This document shows positions 1-8,417 of a stretch of 64,000 nucleotides of DNA, in pieces. The first letter of the stretch is position 1; each line of letters opens with the position of its first letter. The translations under genes and the position numbers were made by a program. The notes under the pieces are model-generated. The model worked only from the letters and a program-made list of their open reading frames with translations. It had not been told where the DNA came from and did not search any database. The DNA comes from Vulcanimicrobiaceae bacterium (lineage in GTDB: Bacteria; Vulcanimicrobiota; Vulcanimicrobiia; Vulcanimicrobiales; Vulcanimicrobiaceae): NCBI GenBank assembly GCA_046262595.1, contig JBHEMM010000002.1, positions 31,701-95,700 on the forward strand. Reading direction: 5' to 3'.

Positions 1-1825
1 GGAAGCGCCCGACGATGCTGCGCACGCGGATCGTCTCGCTTGCGCCCGGTACGCCCGGCCGCACGACGCACATGCCGCGCACCATAAGGTCGATGGGCAC
101 GCCGGCCTGCGAGGCCCGGTAGAGCGCGCGGATGATCTCGCCGTCCGTGATTGCATTGAGTTTGGCGCGGATCCCCGACCGCCGGCCGGCGCGAGCGTGC
201 TCCATCTCACGCTCGATCAGCGCTATCGTTTCGCGGCGCAGGTTGATCGGGGCGACGAGCAAGTCTTCGTAGTCCGTGATTTTGGAGAAGCCGGTGAGCG
301 CGTTGAAAAGCTGCGTAACGTCGGCACCCAGCTCCGGCTTGCACGTGAACAGGCTTAAATCCGTGTAGAGGCGCGCGCTCTTCTCATTATAATTGCCCGT
401 GCCGAAATGCATGTAACGCCGGATCCGGTCGTCCTCTTCGCGTACAACCAGCGTCACCTTCGCATGCGTTTTCAAACCGGCGAAGCCGTAAACCACATGA
501 ACGCCCGCACGTTCCAGCCGGCGCGCCCAGTCGATGTTGTTCTCTTCATCAAAGCGCGCCTTGAGCTCGATGAGCACCGCGACTTGCTTTTCGTTCTCCG
601 CGGCTTCCAGCAGCGCGCGGACGATCGGCGAATTGCGCCCCGACGTGCGGTAGAGCGTGGTCTTAATCGCCAGCACGCGTTCGTCGTCGGCCGCCTGGCG
701 CAGAAACTGGACAACCGGATCGAACGATTCGTACGGGTGATGCAGCAGAATGTCTTGTTCGCGGATAGCCGCAAACATATCGCTCACGCCGATGAGGCGC
801 TTCGGAATCGCCGGCGTGAACGGCGGATCGTGGAGATGCTCATAATCGGTCAGATTCAAAATCGTCCAAAGATCGACCGTGCCGATGAGGCCGTCCACTT
901 CATAGCAATCCGTCGTGCTCAAATCGAGCGCGTCCAACAGCAGATCGCGCATGTATTCGGGAATGCCGCGTTCGACTTCCAAACGCACCGGCTCGCCGAA
1001 GCGCCGCTTTTGCAGCTCCGACTCGATCGCTTGCAGCAAATCGTCGGCTTCGTCTTCCTGCAGATCGAGATCCGCATCGCGCGTTACCCGGAAGAGATAC
1101 GAATCGCGCACTTCCATGCCGGGGAACAGCGCGCTCAGATGATGCGCGATCAAGTCCTCGAGCAGCACGTACCACCGTTCGCCTTCGGCAACGCCGTCGA
1201 CGGATACGAAACGCGGCAGCGTTTGCGGAATCTTCACGCGCGCAAAATGCAGCTCGATGCCCTCCGGTGTGACCTCTTCAAGTTCGACCGCAAGCGAAAG
1301 CGAGAGATTCGAAATGTAGGGGAACGGATGGCCGGAATCCACCGCGAGCGGCGTCAGTACGGGGAACACCCGATCGTCGAAGGCGTGCTCGAGAGCCGCG
1401 CGCTGCTCTTCGTTCAGGTCCAGGACGCGCTTGAAGCGGATGCCGTGCCGCTCCAGCGCCGGCAGCAGTGAGCCTTTGAGCAACTGCTGCTGCCGCCCCA
1501 GCGAAACGCGCAGGCGCTCGGAGATCGCCTGAAGGTGCTCGCCGGGCAAACGGCCGTCTTCCGACCGGCGGTGGATCTGCGCTTCGATCTGCTGTTTGAG
1601 CGCCGCGACGCGGATCATGAAGAATTCGTCGAGATTGGTCCCGTAGATCGCGATAAATTTCAAGCGTTCCATCAGCGCCGCGTCCTCGTCCAGCGCCTCT
1701 TCCAGCACGCGATCGTTGAACTCGAGCCAAGAAAGCTCGCGGCTGAAATAGAGCGACGGGTCGTCGAGGGAACGCGCTGCGGGGGCCGGGTGCCCGTTCC
1801 CGCCGATGGAGGCCTGGGAGATCAT
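1..1825 (-). CDS. ppk: Polyphosphate kinase 1, N-terminal ~608 codons (3' end lies beyond window start)
   Basis: The minus-strand frame is open from ATG at 1825 to position 1, so it has no stop in the window and is absent from the ORF track. Hand translation gives MISQASIGG...SLYFSRELSWLEFNDRVLEEALDEDA at the N-terminus and YMHFGTGNYNE at 383-415, both PPK1 hallmarks. Confidence 0.9.
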   Translation of the reverse strand, partial: MISQASIGGNGHPAPAARSLDDPSLYFSRELSWLEFNDRVLEEALDEDAALMERLKFIAIYGTNLDEFFMIRVAALKQQIEAQIHRRSEDGRLPGEHLQAISERLRVSLGRQQQLLKGSLLPALERHGIRFKRVLDLNEEQRAALEHAFDDRVFPVLTPLAVDSGHPFPYISNLSLSLAVELEEVTPEGIELHFARVKIPQTLPRFVSVDGVAEGERWYVLLEDLIAHHLSALFPGMEVRDSYLFRVTRDADLDLQEDEADDLLQAIESELQKRRFGEPVRLEVERGIPEYMRDLLLDALDLSTTDCYEVDGLIGTVDLWTILNLTDYEHLHDPPFTPAIPKRLIGVSDMFAAIREQDILLHHPYESFDPVVQFLRQAADDERVLAIKTTLYRTSGRNSPIVRALLEAAENEKQVAVLIELKARFDEENNIDWARRLERAGVHVVYGFAGLKTHAKVTLVVREEDDRIRRYMHFGTGNYNEKSARLYTDLSLFTCKPELGADVTQLFNALTGFSKITDYEDLLVAPINLRRETIALIEREMEHARAGRRSGIRAKLNAITDGEIIRALYRASQAGVPIDLMVRGMCVVRPGVPGASETIRVRSIVGRF

Positions 1826-1864
1826 TGACGTGGGATTCGCCTCCGCGTGCGCAAAGTCTAGTGG

Positions 1865-2467
1865 ATGACCTGGACCGACCTGACCGCGCACGTGCAGCAG
1901 TATCTTGCCCTAGCCGTCAGCGCCCTGGCCGCGGGCGGTCTGGCGGGCCTGATACTGGGCGGCTTAGCGGCGCACAGCAGGTTGTGGCGCGCACCGCTGC
2001 TGACCGCCGGCAACCTCGCGCGCGTGGTTCCCAGCCTGGCGATCCTCACGTTCATGCTGCCGCTCTTCGGCATCGGCTTTCTGCCGTCGTTCGCCGCGCT
2101 CTCGCTGTTGGCCGCCGCGCCCGTGCTGATCAACACGGATTTAGGGTTTCGCGGCGTGCCGCCGGCCGCGCTGGACGCCGCCGCCGGCATGGGCATGACG
2201 CGCATGCAAACGCTGCTGCGCGTGGAATGGCCGCTCGCGGTGCCGATCGTGTTCACGGGCGTGCGCACGGCCGCAACGGAAGTGATCGCAAGTGCCGTGC
2301 TGGCTTCGTTCATCGGGGCGGGCGGACTGGGCGAATACATCACTACCGGTCTGCAGGCGGACGACGCGCGCATTCTCTGGACCGGCGTCGGCGCAATCGG
2401 GCTGATCGCGATCGCAGCGGAGCTGCTGTTCGCTTTCGTGCAGCACCGCATAGGAGATCCCGCATGA
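1865..2467 (+). CDS. ABC transporter permease, osmoprotectant/quaternary-amine type (OpuCB/OpuCD-like)
   Basis: 200-aa hydrophobic ORF. It carries an EAA-like loop region (LINTDLGFRGVPPAALDAAAGMGMTRMQTLLRVEWPLA) typical of betaine/choline ABC permeases, and it is the first gene of a 4-gene transporter operon. Confidence 0.85.
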   Translation: MTWTDLTAHVQQYLALAVSALAAGGLAGLILGGLAAHSRLWRAPLLTAGNLARVVPSLAILTFMLPLFGIGFLPSFAALSLLAAAPVLINTDLGFRGVPPAALDAAAGMGMTRMQTLLRVEWPLAVPIVFTGVRTAATEVIASAVLASFIGAGGLGEYITTGLQADDARILWTGVGAIGLIAIAAELLFAFVQHRIGDPA

Positions 2468-3351
2468 CCATTACCCGCAAAGAGTCGATCGCGCTTATCG
2501 CCGCGGCTTTGGCGCTGCCTCAGTGCGGCGGCGGGCGCGCCCGGAACGCCGTTCGCGTCGGATCGAAAAACTTCGGCGAAAACATCATCACGGGCGAAAT
2601 CTATGCGGCGGCGTTGGAGCGCGCCGGCGTTGCGGTGGAACGGCACTTGAATCTCGGAAGCACGCAGATTGCGACCGCCGCCATGCGGCGCGGCGATGTG
2701 GATCTCTATCCCGAATACACGGGCACCGGGCTCATCGACGTGCTTCACCTGCCGCCGGTGCGCGATCCGCGCGCGCTCTTTGCGCAGATAAAGCGTCAGT
2801 ATGCGCAGCGCTACGCCATGACATGGCTGCCGCCTTCGCCCGCAAACGATTCGCAGGGTCTGTGCGTCACGCAAGCCGTCGCGGCCAAGTACGGCGTGCG
2901 CACGCTTTCACAATGCGCCCGCGCGGCGCCGCAACTGCGCTTCGCGGCGATACCGGAATTCGTGAGCCGCGCGGATGCACTGCCCGGATTACAAACATTT
3001 TACGGCGGTTTCCATTTCAAAGCCGTGCGCACGTTCGACATCGGCCTGCAGTACGACGCCCTTGCGCGCGGCGATGCCGACGTCGCGACGGCGTTCACGA
3101 CGGATTCGCAGATCGACACCGGCCGGCTCGTGCTGCTCCGAGACGACCGCAAGTTTTGGCCTGCATACAACATTGCGCCGCTCGTACGAAACGCCGCGCT
3201 GCAGGCGCATCCGCAAATCGCCGCGGTGCTCAACAGGGTCTCGCCGCTGCTCACGGATGCCGCGATGCGCGGATTCAATTTCCAATTCAACGTAAAAAAA
3301 GCCGACCCGGCGGATATCGCAAAGGCATTTTTGGCGGAGCACCCGGTCTGA
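2464..3351 (+). CDS. Osmoprotectant (glycine betaine/choline family) ABC substrate-binding protein (OpuCC-like)
   Basis: An internal ATG at 2464 of ORF 1825..3351 forms an ATGA overlap with the upstream permease stop. The protein has the signal-like N-terminus MTITRKESIALIAAALALPQCGG and the motifs GSKNFGENIITGEIYAAALE and DLYPEYTGTGL typical of OpuAC/OpuCC-fold binding proteins. Confidence 0.85.
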   Translation: MTITRKESIALIAAALALPQCGGGRARNAVRVGSKNFGENIITGEIYAAALERAGVAVERHLNLGSTQIATAAMRRGDVDLYPEYTGTGLIDVLHLPPVRDPRALFAQIKRQYAQRYAMTWLPPSPANDSQGLCVTQAVAAKYGVRTLSQCARAAPQLRFAAIPEFVSRADALPGLQTFYGGFHFKAVRTFDIGLQYDALARGDADVATAFTTDSQIDTGRLVLLRDDRKFWPAYNIAPLVRNAALQAHPQIAAVLNRVSPLLTDAAMRGFNFQFNVKKADPADIAKAFLAEHPV

Positions 3352-4127
3352 AGAGCGTCCGCTTCCGGGAGCTTGCCGTCCGGTATCCGGGCGCGGACCG
3401 CAACGCCGTGGACGGGGTCACCTTGGACATTGCCTCCGGCGCATTCACGGTGCTGCTCGGGCCGTCGGGGTGCGGAAAAAGCACGCTGCTGCGAACGGTG
3501 AACCGGTTGGTCGTCCCGCAAGCCGGCACGGTGCTCGTCGGAGAACAAGATGTGGCCAAGGCGGACCCGGCGCAGCTGCGCCGGTCGATCGGCTACGTCA
3601 TTCAAGCGGTCGGATTGTTCTCGCACATGACCGTCGCGCAAAACGTTGCCGTTGTTCCGGTGCTCGCGCACTGGGAGAAACCCCGCATCGAACGGCGCGT
3701 GGATGAGCTGCTCGCGCTCGTGGGACTGCAGCCCGAACGTTACCGCGAGCGCTATCCGCGCGAGCTCTCCGGCGGCGAACAGCAGCGCGTGGGCGTTGCG
3801 CGGGCCATTGCCGCGGAGCCGTCGGTGTTGCTGATGGACGAGCCCTTCGGAGCCGTGGACGCAATCGTGCGAGCCGCATTGCAAGACGAAATGCTGCGCA
3901 TCGCGCGGCAACTGCGCACGACGATCCTGTTCGTAACGCATGACGTTGACGAAGCGCTGCGCCTGGCCGACGCCATCGCCGTCATGCGCGAGGGCCGCGT
4001 CGAGCAGTACGGCACTCCGCTCGAGCTCTTGCAGAACGCCGAAACACCGTACGTGCGCCGTCTGTTCGCGCGCAAAGAGTCGGAACGCCGGTACGACGAG
4101 TTGCGCGCTGCATTGGACGAGCGTTGA
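3348..4127 (+). CDS. ABC transporter ATP-binding protein (OpuCA-like)
   Basis: Walker A GPSGCGKST, signature LSGGEQQRV and Walker B LLMDEPF are present. The only sensible N-terminus (LKSVRFRELAVRYPG, Walker A about 38 aa in) begins at CTG 3348, which overlaps the upstream TGA as CTGA. The nearest canonical in-frame start lies tens of codons upstream inside the SBP gene. Confidence 0.85.
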   Translation: MKSVRFRELAVRYPGADRNAVDGVTLDIASGAFTVLLGPSGCGKSTLLRTVNRLVVPQAGTVLVGEQDVAKADPAQLRRSIGYVIQAVGLFSHMTVAQNVAVVPVLAHWEKPRIERRVDELLALVGLQPERYRERYPRELSGGEQQRVGVARAIAAEPSVLLMDEPFGAVDAIVRAALQDEMLRIARQLRTTILFVTHDVDEALRLADAIAVMREGRVEQYGTPLELLQNAETPYVRRLFARKESERRYDELRAALDER

Positions 4128-4744
4128 GGTACTTTGTTACGCACTTACCCGCGATCGGAATCATGACGCTGCAGCATCTCGCGCTGGTCGCATCCGGCCT
4201 CGCCGCCGCACTCATCGTTGCTCTTCCGCTTGGCGTCTATGCCGCTCGTAAACCGCGTGAAGGAACGGCAATCTTTGCGTTGGCCGGTTTGATTTACGTT
4301 GTTCCGTCGCTCGCGCTCTTGGCCGTGGCGGTGCGTTATTTAGGCTTGGGCGCCCTGCCCGTCGTTCTGGTGCTTGCCGCCTACGCGCAGTTTATTTTAG
4401 TGCGCAGCATCGCCGCCGCGCTGCGAGCGGTTCCCGCCGCGCAGCTCGATGCCGCGCGGGGCTTAGGCTTCAGCGCTTCGCAGCAGTTTTGGCGCGTCGA
4501 AATACCGCTCGCAGCGCCCGTCCTCATCGGGGGCGTGCGGCTGGCGGCAGTGGCGCTGATTGCCATCGCGACGCTTGGCGGCTATGCGGGCGCGGGCGGA
4601 TTGGGCAACGAAATTTTTCTGGGCCTGCAGCGAAAGTACATCGATCAAACGCTGGCCGGCAGCGTGCCGGCGGCGCTTCTGGCCGTTATCGCCGACGCCG
4701 CGCTTCGGCTGCTCGAGCGCAGAAGCCGCTCGCGGTGGGCGTAA
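4124..4744 (+). CDS. ABC transporter permease, osmoprotectant type (second permease)
   Basis: 206-aa hydrophobic paralogue of 1865..2467 (LRAVPAAQLDAARGLGFSASQQFWRVEIPLAAP). TTG 4124 overlaps the ATPase stop as TTGA. An alternative ATG start is at 4163 (MTLQHLALV). Confidence 0.85.
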   Translation: MRYFVTHLPAIGIMTLQHLALVASGLAAALIVALPLGVYAARKPREGTAIFALAGLIYVVPSLALLAVAVRYLGLGALPVVLVLAAYAQFILVRSIAAALRAVPAAQLDAARGLGFSASQQFWRVEIPLAAPVLIGGVRLAAVALIAIATLGGYAGAGGLGNEIFLGLQRKYIDQTLAGSVPAALLAVIADAALRLLERRSRSRWA

Positions 4745-4756
4745 CCGCGAAGGCAG

Positions 4757-5764
4757 TTATTTTACCAGAAGATTCACACGGAAACGTTCGTGCGGATGGT
4801 CCGTCCACGATTGCTTCATACGCAAGCCTGCACCCGCGGCAATTCGCTCGATGTCATCGATCGAATACTTGTACGACGATTCGGTGTGGATCCGCTCGCC
4901 CTTTTTGAACGAGACGTCCAAACCGATCGCGTCGATCTGCACGGTATGCGCGCGCTGCGCCTCGAGATGCGAAAAAACCGCACCGGCCGCGGGATCGTAG
5001 TGGGCGACGTGCCGGAAATACGAAAGGTTGAACGTTCCGTCGAGCTCGCGATTGATCCGGCCAAGCAGATTTTTATTGAATGCCGCCGTGACGCCCGCCG
5101 GGTCGTCGTACGCGAGCTCGAGCGTATGCGGATCCTTCTTGAGATCGGTGCCGAGCAGTAAACCGTCGCCGTGTTTGAGCGAGGCCGCGATGCTTTGCAG
5201 CAGACGCCCACCCTCGGAAGGCTCATAGTTGCCGATGTTCGAGCCCATGAACATCGCCAGCACGCGTCCCTCACGCCGCAATTGCTCCGTTCCCAAGATG
5301 CCGAAATAATCGCCTGCGTATGCGGTCACGCTCAGCTGCGGATACGCTGCGACGAGTGACTGCGCCGATGCCTTGAGTGCCTCGCCCGAAATGTCAATCG
5401 GACAGTAGCGCAGATTGCGCTGAACGCGCAGAGCTTCTTCAATGAGGATGCGCGTCTTGATCGCGCTTCCGCTGCCCAGCTCGACGAACTCGATCGGATT
5501 CCCGAGCGCGCGGACCATTTCCCAGCCGCACTGCTGAAGAATTTTCGTCTCAGCGCGCGTGAGATAGTATTCGGGTAAAACGGTGATGGCATCGAAGAGC
5601 GCCGAGCCGAGCTCGTCATAAAAATATTTTGAGGAAAGGCGCTTGCGCGCACCGCTCAAGCCGGCCCGCACATCATCGGCGAAAGAGCCCGCCGCCCGGG
5701 GCGGCGGCCCGGAGCGGATCTCCAGGCGGGTACTCGTGGAAATCGCGCTCATCGTAGCCTCCAT
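4757..5764 (-). CDS. EgtD-like SAM-dependent L-histidine N-alpha-methyltransferase family protein
   Basis: Family-typical segments are KYFYDELGSALFDAITVLPEYYLTRAE, ELGSGSAIKTRILI, FMGSNIGNY, DDPAGVTAAFNKNLL and HTESSYKY. The start was chosen at an internal ATG (5764, or 5752), because the longer ORF to 6016 would overlap the divergent gene. Confidence 0.8.
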   Translation of the reverse strand: MEATMSAISTSTRLEIRSGPPPRAAGSFADDVRAGLSGARKRLSSKYFYDELGSALFDAITVLPEYYLTRAETKILQQCGWEMVRALGNPIEFVELGSGSAIKTRILIEEALRVQRNLRYCPIDISGEALKASAQSLVAAYPQLSVTAYAGDYFGILGTEQLRREGRVLAMFMGSNIGNYEPSEGGRLLQSIAASLKHGDGLLLGTDLKKDPHTLELAYDDPAGVTAAFNKNLLGRINRELDGTFNLSYFRHVAHYDPAAGAVFSHLEAQRAHTVQIDAIGLDVSFKKGERIHTESSYKYSIDDIERIAAGAGLRMKQSWTDHPHERFRVNLLVK

Positions 5765-5852
5765 TACCCAGAAACGCTTCTGCGGCCCCGCCGGATGCAA
5801 AACCTTGCGGCTACCAGGGAATAGTGCACTACAAAAGGAGTTCTTTACGAGC

Positions 5853-6641
5853 ATGAACAGCGGTGAGATTGCCATTCCGTGCGGCAGCGCCCAGTTGCCC
5901 GCATATTTGGCCCGCCCCGACGAACAATCCGGACCGCATCCTGCGGTGATCGTTTTGCAGGATGTCTTCGGGTTCACCGCCGAGGTGAAGCGCGTCGCGG
6001 AACTGCTCGCGAGCACGGGTTACGTCGGCTTGGCGATCGATTACTATCACCGCACGAATCCGCAGATGCGCGAGCCGTACACCGTAGAAGGCAGCCGGAA
6101 CGCCTTCGCAGCCGCGGCACAAGTGCAAGCGGCCGATACGCAGGCGGACGTGCTCGCCGCTCTCGCATGGCTGAACGCGCAGCCGTTCGTCAAACCGGGA
6201 AGGGTTGCGCTTTGGGGCATGGGCTTCGGCGCGGCGCTCGGACTGCAGGCGAGTTCGTGCGCAGAACTGTGCGGTGCGGTGCTGTTCTATCCCACAAGTC
6301 TGGAGGTGCAGGCGCCCCCAGCCATTCCGCTGCTCGCGCTCTTCGGAGCGCACGACTATTACGTCTCGCGCCATCAGATGGAAAGCTTCGCCCGGCGCAT
6401 CGCGCCCGACGCCGGCCGCGTGCAAATTTATCCCGAAGTCGGACACTCTTTTTTCCGCCTCGGCCGTCCGCAGGCCGTTGCCGAGCACAGAAGCTATTCC
6501 GACGAGGCGGTAGCGCAGGCCGTTGCAGACGCTTGGAGCCTCGCGCAGGTTTTTTTGCGCGACATTTTCAGCCGTTCGCCGCTTCGCGCAGCCGTGACCG
6601 GCGATATCCGTACGCCGCATACGCAGCAATCCCAATCGTGA
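5853..6641 (+). CDS. Dienelactone hydrolase family protein (nucleophile position appears to be Gly)
   Basis: ATG 5853 is preceded by AAAGGAG (5834-5840). DLH-like segments are PAVIVLQDVFG, GRVALWGMGFGAALG, LFGAHDYYV and PEVGHSFF. Confidence 0.8.
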   Translation: MNSGEIAIPCGSAQLPAYLARPDEQSGPHPAVIVLQDVFGFTAEVKRVAELLASTGYVGLAIDYYHRTNPQMREPYTVEGSRNAFAAAAQVQAADTQADVLAALAWLNAQPFVKPGRVALWGMGFGAALGLQASSCAELCGAVLFYPTSLEVQAPPAIPLLALFGAHDYYVSRHQMESFARRIAPDAGRVQIYPEVGHSFFRLGRPQAVAEHRSYSDEAVAQAVADAWSLAQVFLRDIFSRSPLRAAVTGDIRTPHTQQSQS

Positions 6642-7848
6642 ACCACACGGCGAACCGCACCCACGCCCAGACGTCCAGCCCGCTAATCAAATAAAAGCAC
6701 GCTGCAGCGCCGAGCAATGAAAACAACGGCAGCAGCGGAGCGCGAAACGGACGGACCGCCTCCGGCGCGGCGAACCGCAGAATGAACACGCCCAAGCACA
6801 CGATGCCGAACGCGGAGAGCGTGCCGATGTTCACGAAATTGAGCAGATCGGTCAGCGGCAGACAGGCTGCGAGCACCGCAACGGCCGTTCCCGTTACGAT
6901 CGTCATCGTGAACGGCGTTCGCGTGCGCGGATGAATCCGCGCCACGCCGGGCGGCAGCATGCGGTCGCGCGCCATCACGTAAAAAATACGAATCTGTCCC
7001 AACAGCGAGGTGAGCATGACTGTGGTGTTGCCGGCGATGCCGCCCAATGCGACGATCCAATACACCAGCCGCGAACCGTGCGCGCCAGAAACCGCATCGA
7101 GCATCGCCGCCCCCGCGGAAAGACGTTGAAACGGCACGGCGCCGGCCGTGACGTATGCGAGCGCAACGTAGAGGACGCCGCCCACAATGAGCGCGGCGAT
7201 GATGCCAATCGGCACGTCGCGTTTGGGATTGTGCGCTTCCTCCGACGCGACGGTCACCGTATCGAAGCCGATGTACGCATAGAACACGATGGCGGTGCCG
7301 GTGAGGATGCCATGCCATCCGTGCGCGGCGAACGGATGAGAATACGCTGGGTGAACCGCGCCGGCAAGCGCTGTCAAGAAAACGATCATCGTCAAAATTT
7401 GAAAGATGACCAGCGCGCCGTTTATGCTCGACGACTCGCGAATGCCGGCGGCAACCAGCAGCGTTATCGCAACCGTGACCAGCGCGGCCACGAGATCGAA
7501 TTGCGGATGCGCGCCCCACGCATGACCGGTCCGCAGCAGCACCGGCAAATGTACCCCTGCGTCGGCGAGCAGATGCTGCAGATAATCCGACCACGACGAC
7601 GCGGTCGGCGCAACCGATAAACCATACTCGAGGATCAAATCCCAGCCGATAATCCAGGCCGCCAATTCGCCGAGCGTCGCGTACGCATACGTATACGCGC
7701 TTCCCGCGACGGGAACCATGGACGCGAACTCCGCATAACAGAACGCCACGCACAAGCTCACCGCGCCGGAAAGCGCGTAGCTCAAGACAACGGCGGGGCC
7801 GGCGGCGTGCGCACCGGCGCCGATGGTCGGGAATATGCCCCCCAGCAT
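6568..7848 (-). CDS. APC-family amino acid permease (true N-terminus probably upstream of 7848)
   Basis: AGSAYTYAYATLGELAAWIIGWDLILEY and multiple TM segments are present, and the gene is a paralogue of 37760..39277. Conserved TM1 residues (LRRALGWPALTAIGLGT) are encoded in frame upstream of the first canonical start. Confidence 0.8.
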   Translation of the reverse strand: MLGGIFPTIGAGAHAAGPAVVLSYALSGAVSLCVAFCYAEFASMVPVAGSAYTYAYATLGELAAWIIGWDLILEYGLSVAPTASSWSDYLQHLLADAGVHLPVLLRTGHAWGAHPQFDLVAALVTVAITLLVAAGIRESSSINGALVIFQILTMIVFLTALAGAVHPAYSHPFAAHGWHGILTGTAIVFYAYIGFDTVTVASEEAHNPKRDVPIGIIAALIVGGVLYVALAYVTAGAVPFQRLSAGAAMLDAVSGAHGSRLVYWIVALGGIAGNTTVMLTSLLGQIRIFYVMARDRMLPPGVARIHPRTRTPFTMTIVTGTAVAVLAACLPLTDLLNFVNIGTLSAFGIVCLGVFILRFAAPEAVRPFRAPLLPLFSLLGAAACFYLISGLDVWAWVRFAVWFTIGIAAYAAYGYRRSRLREAANG

Positions 7849-7961
7849 CGTCCCCAGGCCGATCGCCGTGAGTGCCGGCCAGCCGAGCGCGCGCCGAAGC
7901 GCGGGCCCCTCGCCGGAGCCTTTCGTCCATGCAAGCGGCTGCCGCGCCGAAAGGCGCCGTA

Positions 7962-8417
7962 CTATTTTTTGCAGAGCGAGTGAAGCGCCGTTTCGGCCTG
8001 CGGATCCGCCTTGGCCGACGACGGGCGCACGTACATCGCGAAGAATTTGCCGTCACCGATCGTCGCGATCACGCCTTCAACAAAACGGTCTTTCGTCCGG
8101 CCGTTCGTTTTGCTCGTTCCGCGGCCCGAAAAATATTGCGCCGGCTGCTTGCCGCATAAGACGATATTAGATTGCTTCACGTCGCGCAAATTCGTCGTGC
8201 CGGGCTGCGCTTTTTCCGCGTCGTTCAGATTCATGTTCTTATCGCCGCGAATCACCATGAGGATCTGCTCGCCGCTCATCCACATTTGGAAACGGCCCAT
8301 GATACCCGGCGTCGATTTCCAACCGTCCGGCGCTTTGAAAGCCGTACCGTCGGCTGGGCCGCCGCACGCCGCAAGCAGCGCAATGCAAAGAACGGTGAAA
8401 AGAATACGCACTTTCAT
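7962..8417 (-). CDS. Hypothetical lipoprotein
   Basis: The N-terminus MKVRILFTVLCIALLAACGG has a lipobox-like LAAC. The 151-aa ORF has coding-like composition and sits in an operon with the upstream transglycosylase (4-nt overlap). Confidence 0.7.
   Translation of the reverse strand: MKVRILFTVLCIALLAACGGPADGTAFKAPDGWKSTPGIMGRFQMWMSGEQILMVIRGDKNMNLNDAEKAQPGTTNLRDVKQSNIVLCGKQPAQYFSGRGTSKTNGRTKDRFVEGVIATIGDGKFFAMYVRPSSAKADPQAETALHSLCKK

Noticed and set aside
407-1471. 354-aa plus-strand ORF (and other ORFs at 472-1730) covering the first 1.8 kb
   Set aside because: The composition is Arg/Gln/His-rich nonsense with no motifs. The opposite strand encodes an unmistakable PPK1, so these are high-GC shadow ORFs.
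1825-3351. Long N-terminal extensions offered by the ORF track (1825..3351, 2523..4127, 4757..6016, 12070..13209, 32508..33995, 34375..35523, 35588..37153, 43187..45877 and others)
   Set aside because: The extended parts overlap neighbouring genes and have shadow-ORF composition. Internal starts give family-typical N-termini and often ATGA/GTGA coupling with the upstream stop.
6683-8056. Long alternative-frame or antisense ORFs, e.g. 6683..8056 (457 aa), 26006..26827, 49153..50742 (529 aa), 53229..54515 (428 aa) and 56517..58355 (612 aa)
   Set aside because: All are Arg/Ala/Gly/Pro-rich with no recognisable motifs, and each lies over a gene with strong family signatures. They are typical stop-codon-poor shadow frames of GC-rich DNA.
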